Part shown: in pieces, positions 27,856 through 37,714 of the stretch
How positions within the stretch are numbered: position 1 is the stretch's first letter
Layout: the number at the start of each line of letters is the position of its first letter
Virus record (IMG/VR): IMGVR_UViG_3300037423_000584
Length of the DNA: 64,000 bases
From: a virus
Direction: 5' to 3' (one strand)
Notes under the pieces: model-generated
Databases searched by the model: none
What the model was told of the DNA's origin: nothing
The model's input: only the letters and a program-made list of their open reading frames with translations
Translations under genes and position numbers: made by a program

Positions 27856-29499
27856 ATGAGTTATAGATGGTTAAACGAATTATCACAACAATTTCTAGAA
27901 AAGGATTATCTATTGCCGGGACAAACTCTTGATGAAAGAGTTGATGCAATAGTTAATAACGCAGAGAAGATTCTTAAGATCGATGGTTTCGCAAAGAAAT
28001 TCAAAGAGAATATGCAGAAGGGTTGGTATTCATTATCAACTCCTGTTTGGGCTAACTTTGGAACAAATCGTGGTCTTCCGATCTCTTGTTATGGATCATA
28101 TGTAGATGATACAATGCATTCCATTCTGTATACACAAGCAGAAGTTGGAATGATGACAAAGATCGGAGGCGGGACTTCTGCGTACTTTGGCTCTGTCAGA
28201 CCACGCGGAAGTCCAATCTCCGTTGGAGGCGAAAGTGCCGGTTCTGTACACTTCATGAGACTTTTCGATACTCAAATTGATATCGTAAGTCAAGGAAGTC
28301 TACGTCGTGGTTCATTTGCTGGTTATCTTGATATTGATCATGGAGATATTGAGGAATTTCTTAATATTAAGAGCGAAGGAAATCCAATTCAACATCTGTT
28401 TTTCGGAGTATGTATCTCTGACAAATGGATGCAAGAGATGATCGACGGAGACAAGAATAAGCGTCGGATCTGGGCAAAGGTAATTCAGTCTAGGATCAAT
28501 ACTGGTCTTCCGTATGTGTTGTTTATCGATAATTTTAATAAGTATACTGCTGATGTGTACAAGGACAAGAAACTAAAGATCTTTTCTAGCAATCTTTGTA
28601 CCGAAATCGCACTTCCATCAAATGATCTTGAATCATTCGTATGTTGCTTGGCTTCTATGAATGATCTGTATTTTGATGAATGGAAGAATACAGATGCAGT
28701 GGAATTGCTGACTTATTTCTTAGATGCAGTAATGACAGAGTTTATCGAGAAGGCACGAAAGATTCCATTTATGGATCGTGCTGTAAGATTTGCCGAACGT
28801 CATCGTGCGATTGGTATTGGTCAACTTGGATGGCATAGTTATCTCCAAAGCAAGATGATTCCATTCGAAAGCATGGAAGCAAAGTTTGCCGCAGGAGATA
28901 TCGCTAAGACAATTAAGAACCAATCTTATAAAGCTTCTGCCAAACTTGCAGAAATGTTTGGTGAGCCAGAAGTTCTAAAGGGCTATGGCCGTAGAAATAC
29001 AACTACTATTGCTATTGCACCAACAAAATCTTCTGCATTCATTCTTGGACAAGTATCAGAAGGAATTGAGCCTCATAGATCTAATTATTACATCAAGGAT
29101 CTAGCAAAGGGTAAGTTTACTATCAAGAATCATGAACTTGAGAGTCTTCTGATCTCTAAGAATAAGAACGACGATAGCACTTGGGAATCTATTCTACGAA
29201 AGGGCGGAAGCGTACAACATCTAGATTTTCTTACAGATAAGGAAAAGGATGTATTTAAGACATTCTCTGAGCTTTCGCAGAAGGAAATTGTTATTCAAGC
29301 TTCTATTCGTCAGAAATATATTGATCAGGCTCAGTCGTTGAATCTTATGATTCACTCTTCTGTTCCTGCTAAGGACATTAGTGCTTTGATGATAGATGCT
29401 TGGAAGATGGGTGTTAAGTCGCTTTATTATCAAATTGGTGTAAATGCGGCTCAAAACTTTACTAGATCTATTCTTGTATGTCGTTCCTGCGAGGCATGA
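27856..29499 (+). CDS. nrdA: ribonucleotide reductase class I large subunit (short, no ATP cone)
   Basis: PISC, SQG..RRG, SNLCTEI, IAPT.SS, QAQSLN, LYY and a C-terminal CxxC. Confidence 0.95.
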   Translation: MSYRWLNELSQQFLEKDYLLPGQTLDERVDAIVNNAEKILKIDGFAKKFKENMQKGWYSLSTPVWANFGTNRGLPISCYGSYVDDTMHSILYTQAEVGMMTKIGGGTSAYFGSVRPRGSPISVGGESAGSVHFMRLFDTQIDIVSQGSLRRGSFAGYLDIDHGDIEEFLNIKSEGNPIQHLFFGVCISDKWMQEMIDGDKNKRRIWAKVIQSRINTGLPYVLFIDNFNKYTADVYKDKKLKIFSSNLCTEIALPSNDLESFVCCLASMNDLYFDEWKNTDAVELLTYFLDAVMTEFIEKARKIPFMDRAVRFAERHRAIGIGQLGWHSYLQSKMIPFESMEAKFAAGDIAKTIKNQSYKASAKLAEMFGEPEVLKGYGRRNTTTIAIAPTKSSAFILGQVSEGIEPHRSNYYIKDLAKGKFTIKNHELESLLISKNKNDDSTWESILRKGGSVQHLDFLTDKEKDVFKTFSELSQKEIVIQASIRQKYIDQAQSLNLMIHSSVPAKDISALMIDAWKMGVKSLYYQIGVNAAQNFTRSILVCRSCEA

Positions 29500-29526
29500 T
29501 TTAAAATCTAAATATGAAAGATAAAT

Positions 29527-29727
29527 ATGGGTTTAACTGCAAAAATTACAGCATGTATTATTGTTGGAGTAACAATTGGATTAATTGGCTGGGACATATA
29601 TGTTGCTAGTGATGGAATTGCTGGTGATACAATTTCAGAAATTATGTTAAAAGTCGCAAAGGACCATCCTATAGTACCCTTCGCTCTGGGTGTGGTAATT
29701 GGCCACTTATTTTGGCCACAAGGATAA
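29527..29727 (+). CDS. small two-TM membrane protein
   Basis: Two hydrophobic helices; GDTISE and GHLFW motifs. Confidence 0.6.
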   Translation: MGLTAKITACIIVGVTIGLIGWDIYVASDGIAGDTISEIMLKVAKDHPIVPFALGVVIGHLFWPQG

Positions 29728-29859
29728 TTATGACAGAAGAAACAGTTACAATTACAAAAGAAGAATACGATCAATTAGTTAAAGATCAACGTTTGCTTAA
29801 TCATCTTATACAAAACGGCGTAGATAATTGGGAATGGTTTTCTTATCCAGAGGAAATTA

Positions 29860-30042
29860 ATGAGTAAAACAATAGAATCAGAATACATGCAAAATTGGAG
29901 AAAAGCAAATGATCTTGTTAAAAATACGATAGACGAAGTTAGAAAACTTGGATTTCATATAGTAATAACAGAACCATATGACGATGATGCTGCAACATAT
30001 TCAATTGATAGAGATTGGGATCTAGAAGAAGTAGAGGATTAA
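29860..30042 (+). CDS. hypothetical protein
   Basis: ORF in a gene string. Confidence 0.5.
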   Translation: MSKTIESEYMQNWRKANDLVKNTIDEVRKLGFHIVITEPYDDDAATYSIDRDWDLEEVED

Positions 30043-30196
30043 ATTATGTCGAAAATTAATACTAAGGAAGCAAAGAAAGCTCGTAGAGCAATTAGAGAAG
30101 TAAGAAAGGCTGGGGTTAAGATCCCAAATGCGGGATTGGAAATTCATAAGAAGATTAAGAATAATTTAAAGTATTTGATTGAGAAAGGATTAGTCA

Positions 30197-30652
30197 ATGT
30201 CTAAGAGTATTCATCAACAAAGAGTCGAAGAATTAATGTTCAAGGCTGGTCAAGAAGTTCCAAACAAGCCAACCGTTCCAAATGCACAAACTCGCATTCT
30301 TCGTGCTAAACTTATTTTAGAAGAAGCATTAGAAACTATACGAGATCTTGGAGTAAATGTCGTATTGCCAGCAACAAATAATGGATTTCTGAATTATTCC
30401 GATCTCCAATTTGGGGATAATGGTGTTCCTAATTTAGAAGGTATTGCAGATGGATGTGCTGATATATCTGTTGTAACCATGGGTACTTTAAGTGCTTGTG
30501 GAATTCATGATAATGAACTTCTAGAAGAAGTAGATAATAATAATCTGGCTAAGTTTGGTCCGGGTGGGTATCGTCGAGATGACGGTAAGTGGGTAAAGCC
30601 CCCAAATCATAAACCACCGCGGATTAAAGAAATCCTAGAATCACAACAATAA
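30197..30652 (+). CDS. MazG-like (PRA-PH/DR2231-like) NTP pyrophosphohydrolase
   Basis: LILEEALE, IADGCAD, NLAK and RDDGKWVKP. Confidence 0.8.
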   Translation: MSKSIHQQRVEELMFKAGQEVPNKPTVPNAQTRILRAKLILEEALETIRDLGVNVVLPATNNGFLNYSDLQFGDNGVPNLEGIADGCADISVVTMGTLSACGIHDNELLEEVDNNNLAKFGPGGYRRDDGKWVKPPNHKPPRIKEILESQQ

Positions 30653-30660
30653 CAACGAAT

Positions 30661-30685
30661 GGGAGCCAGAAATGGCTCCCTTTTG
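30661..30685 (+). terminator. intrinsic terminator
   Basis: GGGAGCCA-GAAA-TGGCTCCC-TTTT. Confidence 0.8.
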
Positions 30686-30689
30686 ATTT

Positions 30690-30884
30690 ATGAACAAAAT
30701 GAAAGCATATGAAGAAGGTCGTAAATCTTATTTTAAAACCCCAAATAAGAAAAATCCGTATAGAGGAGAAGCTAGAAAATCTTGGAATCAAGGTAGATTT
30801 GATGCAGAAACATATCAATTAATGCAATCAATATTTGGAACATTAAAACAAATAGAACATGATTTATACACAGAAATCAGATAA
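30690..30884 (+). CDS. small Rmf-like protein, tandem paralog A
   Basis: AYEEGRKSY...KNPYRG..R.SWNQG. Confidence 0.5.
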   Translation: MNKMKAYEEGRKSYFKTPNKKNPYRGEARKSWNQGRFDAETYQLMQSIFGTLKQIEHDLYTEIR

Positions 30885-31062
30885 GTTTAGAGAAGGATAT
30901 GAGGCTTATTTCTTTTCTAGAAAGATAAAGAATCCATATAGAGGAAAATCAAGAATAGAATGGGATGATGGGCAATTCTTTGCAAAAGAGGATCAATATA
31001 TAGAGGGATATTTTAGAAGACTTGGACTCAAACGACCAACGAGCATACATACATGGTATTAA
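30859..31062 (+). CDS. small Rmf-like protein, tandem paralog B
   Basis: FREGYEAY...KNPYRG.SR.EWDDG. Confidence 0.5.
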   Translation: MIYTQKSDKFREGYEAYFFSRKIKNPYRGKSRIEWDDGQFFAKEDQYIEGYFRRLGLKRPTSIHTWY

Positions 31063-31162
31063 TATTAGCAATTATATATTTAATGATAGTATTATCATTT
31101 AATAAAAATAACTAGAAATACAGTCCATATTAACCCGATTCTTATATAAGAAAAGAGGTTAT

Positions 31163-31756
31163 ATGGATAAATTATGCCTTATAGGCGATGTACATGGAGA
31201 ATGGGATAAATATATCAAGATAACAGAACGTTTAGATTGCCAAAGTGTTTGCGTTGGTGATCTGGGTTTTGATATTTATCCTAATCAAGAAGAACTAGAT
31301 AAGATTGATACGTTTAATCATAAAGCATTTCCTGGCAATCATGATGGTCCATCATTCTTTAATCATAAAATATCTTTAGGACGATATGGTTATTTAAAGC
31401 CATATGATGCATTCTATATAGGTGGTGCTGAAACACCTAAACATGCCAGATCTAGGCACAAATGGTTTTCTGATGAAGAATTAACGAATGAACAGTTTAT
31501 AAAGATAATTGATTTGATTAAATTTATAAAGCCTAAAGTCATTCTTACCCATGATGCTCCTGATTCTGTTAGACGATCATTCTTTGACATTAAGATAAAG
31601 ACCAAAACATCATTTGCACTTCAAGCAATATTTGATGCACATCAACCAGAACAATGGATCTTTGGTCATCATCATAGATCAAAACACGGAAAGATTAAAA
31701 CAACTAATTTTAGATGTTTAAATAAATTAGAAACTTATATATTAAATTATGAATGA
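31163..31756 (+). CDS. calcineurin-like metallophosphoesterase
   Basis: GDVHG, GD, GNHD, TH and FGHHH. Confidence 0.88.
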   Translation: MDKLCLIGDVHGEWDKYIKITERLDCQSVCVGDLGFDIYPNQEELDKIDTFNHKAFPGNHDGPSFFNHKISLGRYGYLKPYDAFYIGGAETPKHARSRHKWFSDEELTNEQFIKIIDLIKFIKPKVILTHDAPDSVRRSFFDIKIKTKTSFALQAIFDAHQPEQWIFGHHHRSKHGKIKTTNFRCLNKLETYILNYE

Positions 31757-32549
31757 TTTCGCTTTTATTGTAACCGCGTACAAACAAATTGATTTAGTCA
31801 AACAAAATATAGAACGGATTAGATTTAAATATCAATCCTCATTAAAAGATTCTCCAATTATTGTTGTTTCCACTTCTGAAACACCGGTTGGTTTCGAAGA
31901 ATTAGATAAACAATATAAAAATATTAATTTTATACCATATCCAAATGCTCCTGGATCTATAGATCATAAAGGTATGCCTTCTCCTGATAATTCTAAGGCC
32001 GGCGGGTATGTTTCTTGGAGACATGAATTCTTACCACGACGTATACTTTTCTCTATTCAACTTGCTATGCAAGTATCTGATTTTATTGGAGTTAAGAAAA
32101 TTATTCATCTTCACTCTGATACCTATATTCATGAGAATTACGAATACAAGTTGTTAAATCATATAAAACTACTAGACGATTATATGGTTCTTGCAGACTT
32201 AGCATTGGACGAGGAAGCATCAAGTCCGCTGCCTCCATTAATGCACTGGCAACCAGAAGGCTTAATGTTGAATCTTGAGAAATGTAAGAAATGCGGATAT
32301 GGCTTTAGATTTAATACCTTATACAAAGGTAAGTCTTGGTTCCAGACTCATAATTGGGGATCACTTGAGGCCATTCTTGCTCAAGCCGCCGTTAAAGCTT
32401 TAACTGGCAAAGATATCTTAAGTAAAAATGATGTAATTCCTCAAGAGTATTATGACAATGTTTATTTCAAAGATAAGAGAACTCATCACGGAATGTTTCC
32501 TACTGGATTGGTCAATATACCCGGAGGACAACCAGATGCAATTAGATAA
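31749..32549 (+). CDS. glycosyltransferase-like protein (GT-A?)
   Basis: FIVTAY, IIVVS and HLHSD pattern; sits among sugar genes. Confidence 0.45.
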   Translation: MNDFAFIVTAYKQIDLVKQNIERIRFKYQSSLKDSPIIVVSTSETPVGFEELDKQYKNINFIPYPNAPGSIDHKGMPSPDNSKAGGYVSWRHEFLPRRILFSIQLAMQVSDFIGVKKIIHLHSDTYIHENYEYKLLNHIKLLDDYMVLADLALDEEASSPLPPLMHWQPEGLMLNLEKCKKCGYGFRFNTLYKGKSWFQTHNWGSLEAILAQAAVKALTGKDILSKNDVIPQEYYDNVYFKDKRTHHGMFPTGLVNIPGGQPDAIR

Positions 32550-32724
32550 AGAAACACAAGAACAAACAGACAAAGTTAAATTTCTTATAAAAGAACTTAA
32601 TGAATTGTCCGATAAATTATGCGAAAAAGGCATATATATAGAACTCGATACTTATACCACACAAACAATGCGTAATAGCTGTGCATGTAATTATCATACT
32701 GTTAAGATAACGAAAGTGATTTAA

Positions 32725-33372
32725 ATGAAATGGACGTTTGGATTAATTACAGATGGATCTGATTATTTAAGAAATAGAAGAATAATAGATTCAATATTTC
32801 AACAAAAAATACCAGAAGATTCTTTTGAAGTAATTGTTGTTGGAGGAGCAGTCGTATCTGGTAGAAATATAACTCATGTAACTTTTGATGAAAGACCAAA
32901 ATCTGGTCATATAACAAAGAAAAAGAATATAGTATTTAAGCAAGCTAAATTTGATAATATATCAATCGGACATGATTATATTCAATATGATCACGGATGG
33001 TATGATGGATTTGAAAAATTTGGTGAGGATTGGGACTGTTCGATGGCGAAGATTATCAATAAAGATGGGCTTCGTTTTCGCGATTGGGTATCTTGGTACA
33101 ATGATGGATCAACACAGCCAGATAAACATACAGTACAGTTTATAGATTATAATGATAATAGTAAAACTGATAAAATGTATATTAGTGGTGCTTATTACTG
33201 TATTAAAAAACAATTTGCCCTTAAGTATAAACTAGACGAATCGAAGACATGGGGATTTTCAGAAGATGTTGATTTTAGCCTTAGAGCTAGAAATTCTTGG
33301 AATTACAGAATGAACCAGAATTCATCTGTATCATTTTTGAAGATGAAAGACCATTGGCCACTACATAAGTAA
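32725..33372 (+). CDS. GT2-like glycosyltransferase
   Basis: FEVIVV, ITKKKN, HDY and WG..EDVDFS.R. Confidence 0.7.
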   Translation: MKWTFGLITDGSDYLRNRRIIDSIFQQKIPEDSFEVIVVGGAVVSGRNITHVTFDERPKSGHITKKKNIVFKQAKFDNISIGHDYIQYDHGWYDGFEKFGEDWDCSMAKIINKDGLRFRDWVSWYNDGSTQPDKHTVQFIDYNDNSKTDKMYISGAYYCIKKQFALKYKLDESKTWGFSEDVDFSLRARNSWNYRMNQNSSVSFLKMKDHWPLHK

Positions 33373-33381
33373 AGAATAACG

Positions 33382-34065
33382 ATGATTAATTTTAATGAAA
33401 TAGTAAATACTGTTAATAATAATTTTGATATCAAGCTTGCTTGGGGCGATAGAAGTCTAGGGATGGCTAATCATATTCATCCTTGTTCTATCACAGAAAA
33501 AGAAGCAAACTTTATTAAGGATTTTATCGTAACTCATAATCTTAAAGCAGGTTATGAAGTTGCCACTGCTTTTGGTTTGTCGGCATTATCTGCCGGTCTA
33601 GGCTTTAAGGAAACCAATGGTAAGTTAGTTACGATGGATTCTTATATTGAAGAACATTATGGTGATTGTGGAGCTTATAACGAACATCAGAATGAGAAAT
33701 ATTATGATGCAGATGGTTATAAATTAGCCAAATGGTTATTCGATTATTACAAAGTTCCTGTCTCTCTTGAGGTTGGATTTAGTCCTAATGATACAGCAAG
33801 TGTTATTAAAAAGCATCATGGAAACAATAAGTTAGACTTTGTGTTTATTGATGCACTTCATACTGATCAAGCTTTAATTCAAGATACAGAAGCAGTTTTG
33901 CCATTCTTGGCTGATAAGTTCGTAGTCTTTTGGCATGACCAACATTGTCACCAAGATGCAGCTAAGAATTATATTAGAGATAAGTTTGGAAAGAAATGGT
34001 CAATACCTTTCAATCCAGATGCAAGAGATAACTATGGACTGTGTTACGTAACAAATATAGCATGA
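33382..34065 (+). CDS. class I SAM-dependent methyltransferase (Methyltransf_24-like, possibly a sugar O-methyltransferase)
   Basis: YEVATAFGLS, DFVFIDALH and WHD. Confidence 0.75.
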   Translation: MINFNEIVNTVNNNFDIKLAWGDRSLGMANHIHPCSITEKEANFIKDFIVTHNLKAGYEVATAFGLSALSAGLGFKETNGKLVTMDSYIEEHYGDCGAYNEHQNEKYYDADGYKLAKWLFDYYKVPVSLEVGFSPNDTASVIKKHHGNNKLDFVFIDALHTDQALIQDTEAVLPFLADKFVVFWHDQHCHQDAAKNYIRDKFGKKWSIPFNPDARDNYGLCYVTNIA

Positions 34066-34883
34066 AATACTTCGATGTCTTTACAGGCGGTGGGGGATTC
34101 CACTTAGGAATGCCTAATAATTTCAAATGTGTCGGTTTCTCTGAGATAGATAAATGGTGCGATGCTGTTCTTAAATATAGATTTCCAGATATTAAGAACT
34201 ATGGAGATATAACAAAGTTAGATACTAAAGAAGTTGAAGACTTTGATTTATTAGTTGGAGGCTCTCCATGTCAAGGACTTTCTTCTGCCGGAAAACGTGT
34301 TAGTTTAGAAGATCCAAGAAGCAACTTATTTTATCAATATATCAGAGTCTTAAAAGAAAAACAACCAAAATACTTTCTATGGGAAAACGTACAAAATACG
34401 TTATCAATAAACAATGGCAAAGACTTCGAGGAAATCAAGAAAAACTTTATTGACGCAGGGTATAGTTTCATCTGGCAAGTTATTGATACCTCAGAATTTG
34501 GTATACCCCTTAGACGAGATCGGTTATTCATTGCAGGATATCTTGGAGCCTTGCCCGAACGAGAAATACTTCCTTTCGGAAAAAAAGATCCAAGTAACTC
34601 TAAAATGGATCGACAACTTACACCCCTACTCACGGCAACAGATCAACGCGGCTTCTCAAAACAAAGACAACGTATAATTATTGCAGATAAAGGTAGGCTT
34701 AGATATTTTACCCCATTAGAACGAGAAAGACTGATGGGATGGCCAGACGATCATACTAAGTACGGCATCTATAATAATCAAGTAGTAGAAATGAAAGATG
34801 CTTATAGGATAAGAATGACCGGCAACGGAGTACATTCCACAATAGTTAATATATTAATAAATCATTTCTTTGTAAATATATGA
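34062..34883 (+). CDS. DNA (cytosine-5) methyltransferase, orphan
   Basis: FTGGGG, GDI, GSPCQ, WENV, P.RRDR, TP.ERERLMG.PD and GNG. Confidence 0.92.
   Translation: MKYFDVFTGGGGFHLGMPNNFKCVGFSEIDKWCDAVLKYRFPDIKNYGDITKLDTKEVEDFDLLVGGSPCQGLSSAGKRVSLEDPRSNLFYQYIRVLKEKQPKYFLWENVQNTLSINNGKDFEEIKKNFIDAGYSFIWQVIDTSEFGIPLRRDRLFIAGYLGALPEREILPFGKKDPSNSKMDRQLTPLLTATDQRGFSKQRQRIIIADKGRLRYFTPLERERLMGWPDDHTKYGIYNNQVVEMKDAYRIRMTGNGVHSTIVNILINHFFVNI
34414..34677 (+). CDS. alternative-frame ORF nested in the C5-MTase gene (candidate small subunit)
   Basis: ATG start; contains SLQDILEPCPNEKYFLSEK. Confidence 0.4.
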   Translation: MAKTSRKSRKTLLTQGIVSSGKLLIPQNLVYPLDEIGYSLQDILEPCPNEKYFLSEKKIQVTLKWIDNLHPYSRQQINAASQNKDNV

Positions 34884-35533
34884 AAAACAAAATTAAATTA
34901 GTGGCGTTTGATCTTGATGGTGTTTTAATCGATTTATGCGAATCTCATAAGATTGCCTTAAATAAGGCTCTTAAAGAAGTTTCTAATTATGAAATATCAG
35001 ATCAACGCCATAATGATACATTCAACGGCTTACCTACTAAGGTAAAGCTACACATTCTTTCAGAAGAGAATATAGTCAAAACAGAAGATATTGATAAGAT
35101 TTGCGAACTTAAACAGAAATATACAGTCGAAGAGATACAAAAATTCTCTACGGATTGGAGCAAGGTCCGTATGATGGAGGTTCTTAAGGATCTTGATGTC
35201 AAGATTGCTGTAGTTTCTAATAGTATCAGAAGCACTGTAGAATTGGCTTTAAAACAAATTGGTATTTATGAATATGTTAATTTGATTGTTTCTAATGAAG
35301 ATATTGCTAAACCTAAGCCTGCACCCGATGGTTATCGATATGCCATACTTCTTATGGGTGTTTCTAGAGATGATACTTTGTTAATTGAGGACTCGGATGT
35401 TGGCTTTAGAGCGGCTTTAGAAACTGGTGCTAATATTATTAGAGTAAAAGACGCATCAGAAGTAACAATAGAAACCATTAATAAATATCTTGGATATGAT
35501 AAGACAGATGATTTATTTGAAGGATTAAAATGA
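34880..35533 (+). CDS. HAD-family phosphatase
   Basis: FDLDGVL, VSNS, KPKPAP and IEDS. Confidence 0.88.
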   Translation: MKNKIKLVAFDLDGVLIDLCESHKIALNKALKEVSNYEISDQRHNDTFNGLPTKVKLHILSEENIVKTEDIDKICELKQKYTVEEIQKFSTDWSKVRMMEVLKDLDVKIAVVSNSIRSTVELALKQIGIYEYVNLIVSNEDIAKPKPAPDGYRYAILLMGVSRDDTLLIEDSDVGFRAALETGANIIRVKDASEVTIETINKYLGYDKTDDLFEGLK

Positions 35534-36249
35534 ATATATTAATCTGCATGGCTGGACGAGGTAAAAGATTTGTCGATGCTGGTTATGACAAACCAAAGCC
35601 TTTTATTGACGTAAAAGGCGAACCGATGATAGCAAGAGTTATAAACAATCTTGATATCTGGTGGAAAAACAAGTATATATTTGTATGTCTAAAAGACTTT
35701 ATAGACAAATATGGCAATGAATTTAAATCATATATTGGTAATATAAATCATGAAATTATAATGGTAGATCAAGTAACAGAAGGTGCTGCTTGTTCGTGTT
35801 TATTAGCAAAAAATCTAATAAATAATAATGAAGAATTAGTGATAACCGACTGTGATCATTTAACACATGATATTAACTGGCTTTTAGGAGGTGTTGATTT
35901 TTTCAATGCTAAAAATGCAGATGGTGGTATATGGAATCTTTGGAACGACAATCCAAAATGGTCATATGTTCGTATTTCTAATGGAGTTATAACAGAAGTT
36001 GCTGAGAAATCAATTATTAGCAATATTGCAAACACTGGAACGTATTGGTTTAAACATGGTAAAGATTTCGTAGATGCTGCCGAAAGAATGATTCAAAGAA
36101 ATGATAGAACTAAAGGGGAATTCTATGTAGCTCCTGTTTATAATTATATGATTGCTGATGGCAAGAAGATTTTGCCATATTTTACAAATCAATTTGTTGG
36201 ACTGGGTACACCAGAAGATCTTGAAAAATACTTAAAGGATAATAAATGA
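35530..36249 (+). CDS. sugar-phosphate nucleotidyltransferase-like protein
   Basis: MAGRGKRF..GY..PKP, TEGAA, DCD, EK and GEFYVAPVYN. Confidence 0.85.
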   Translation: MNILICMAGRGKRFVDAGYDKPKPFIDVKGEPMIARVINNLDIWWKNKYIFVCLKDFIDKYGNEFKSYIGNINHEIIMVDQVTEGAACSCLLAKNLINNNEELVITDCDHLTHDINWLLGGVDFFNAKNADGGIWNLWNDNPKWSYVRISNGVITEVAEKSIISNIANTGTYWFKHGKDFVDAAERMIQRNDRTKGEFYVAPVYNYMIADGKKILPYFTNQFVGLGTPEDLEKYLKDNK

Positions 36250-36473
36250 TAGGATGGATAGGAACAGTAATAAATCTTACAGGATTATATTTTAATGCTA
36301 GATCAAATAAGTATGGATGGATATTGTGGATGATTGGATCATTTTTTTCAATGATTCATTGTTACATTAATAAGGACTGGTCAAATTTTGTTTTATTTTC
36401 CATATATCAACTTGGAAATTCTTATGGAATTTATAATAATTTTATAAAGAAAAATGCAAATATACAATCTTGA
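36246..36473 (+). CDS. small PnuC-like three-TM membrane protein
   Basis: WIG...G.Y......GW.LW...YGIY pattern. Confidence 0.5.
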   Translation: MIGWIGTVINLTGLYFNARSNKYGWILWMIGSFFSMIHCYINKDWSNFVLFSIYQLGNSYGIYNNFIKKNANIQS

Positions 36474-36795
36474 AAATTTTAAACGCGGATGGATTTGCGG
36501 TGGATTTTCTCCTTCGTTATTTAAGTCAGATATAGAAATAGGAATTCATTCATATCCAAGTGGCACGGTTCATCAAGCACACTACCACAAATTGGCATCA
36601 GAATTTAACATAGTAACAAACGGTACTTGTTTGTTTAGATTCATGGAAGAATCTAATATAGAAGACGTATATGCCAAAAAGGGTGATATTGTCCTTATTG
36701 AACCGTATGAGATAGTTGAATTCGTAGCAACAAATGATTGTGATTTAACTGTAATAAAAACTTCTAGTAATCCAAATGATAAATATTTGGCATAA
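36454..36795 (+). CDS. cupin protein
   Basis: RGWICG.F.P, H.AHYHK..E and DKY. Confidence 0.75.
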   Translation: MQIYNLENFKRGWICGGFSPSLFKSDIEIGIHSYPSGTVHQAHYHKLASEFNIVTNGTCLFRFMEESNIEDVYAKKGDIVLIEPYEIVEFVATNDCDLTVIKTSSNPNDKYLA

Positions 36796-36937
36796 AATGT
36801 TATTCTTTATCTTTTGGAGGCAACAAATCTATTTTAAAACTATGTGACATAATATATAATAATTCAAATACATACTTAGATAGAAAATATAAAAAATATT
36901 TAGAATTGAAGGAATATTGTAACGATAAGTATATCAT

Positions 36938-37714
36938 ATGATAAATATTAAAAATTACGCTAATAATATTATAAATAAGATCAATAGAAAGATTGTTTTT
37001 ACAGACGTAGAAACAACTGGTACAGATGTAACAAAAGACGAAATTATCCAATTTGGTGCAATAGTGATTGAACCAAAGAAGGGTATTAATGAATATGAAT
37101 TCTTTATAAAGCCTAGCTTTCTAGTTCCACAATCTGCAATTGATATTCATGGAATTACCAATGAGAAACTAGAAAATCAAGGATCATTTGGTGATTATGC
37201 AAAAGATATAGTTGCTATATTTCGTGATGCAGATATTGGTGGATTTAACGTAAGATTCGATCTTCAAATTCTTGATAGACAATTAGAAGATTCTGGATAC
37301 TTTGGAGTATTTGATCAAGCAAATATATATGATAGTTTTTCTATCTTTAAAGATCATCTTCCACGCAATCTTGGTGCTGCTTATAAGCACTATGGCTTTG
37401 GTGAATTAGAAAATGCTCACGATGCAATGCAAGATATTAAAGCATCACTAGTTGTATTTTCCAAGCAATTAGATATTGAAAATACAGAAGATCCAATAAA
37501 TATATCAAGGAAGTATAATATGTCCTATGATAGTAGAATTGGATTCTCTGATCATATCATCATCAAGGATGGAAAACCATACATCAACTTCGGTAAACAC
37601 AAAGGCACCGAACTTAAGATGGTAGATAAAAGCTATCTTAGATGGGTAGTAGATAAGAGTGATCTACCATGGAAAGTAAAGGAATATGTCAAAGAATATA
37701 TTAAAACTAATTGA
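36938..37714 (+). CDS. DEDDh 3'-5' exonuclease (DnaQ/ExoX-like)
   Basis: DVETTG, HGIT, FN..FD and AHDAMQD; C-terminal FGKHKG..SYLRW domain. Confidence 0.9.
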   Translation: MINIKNYANNIINKINRKIVFTDVETTGTDVTKDEIIQFGAIVIEPKKGINEYEFFIKPSFLVPQSAIDIHGITNEKLENQGSFGDYAKDIVAIFRDADIGGFNVRFDLQILDRQLEDSGYFGVFDQANIYDSFSIFKDHLPRNLGAAYKHYGFGELENAHDAMQDIKASLVVFSKQLDIENTEDPINISRKYNMSYDSRIGFSDHIIIKDGKPYINFGKHKGTELKMVDKSYLRWVVDKSDLPWKVKEYVKEYIKTN

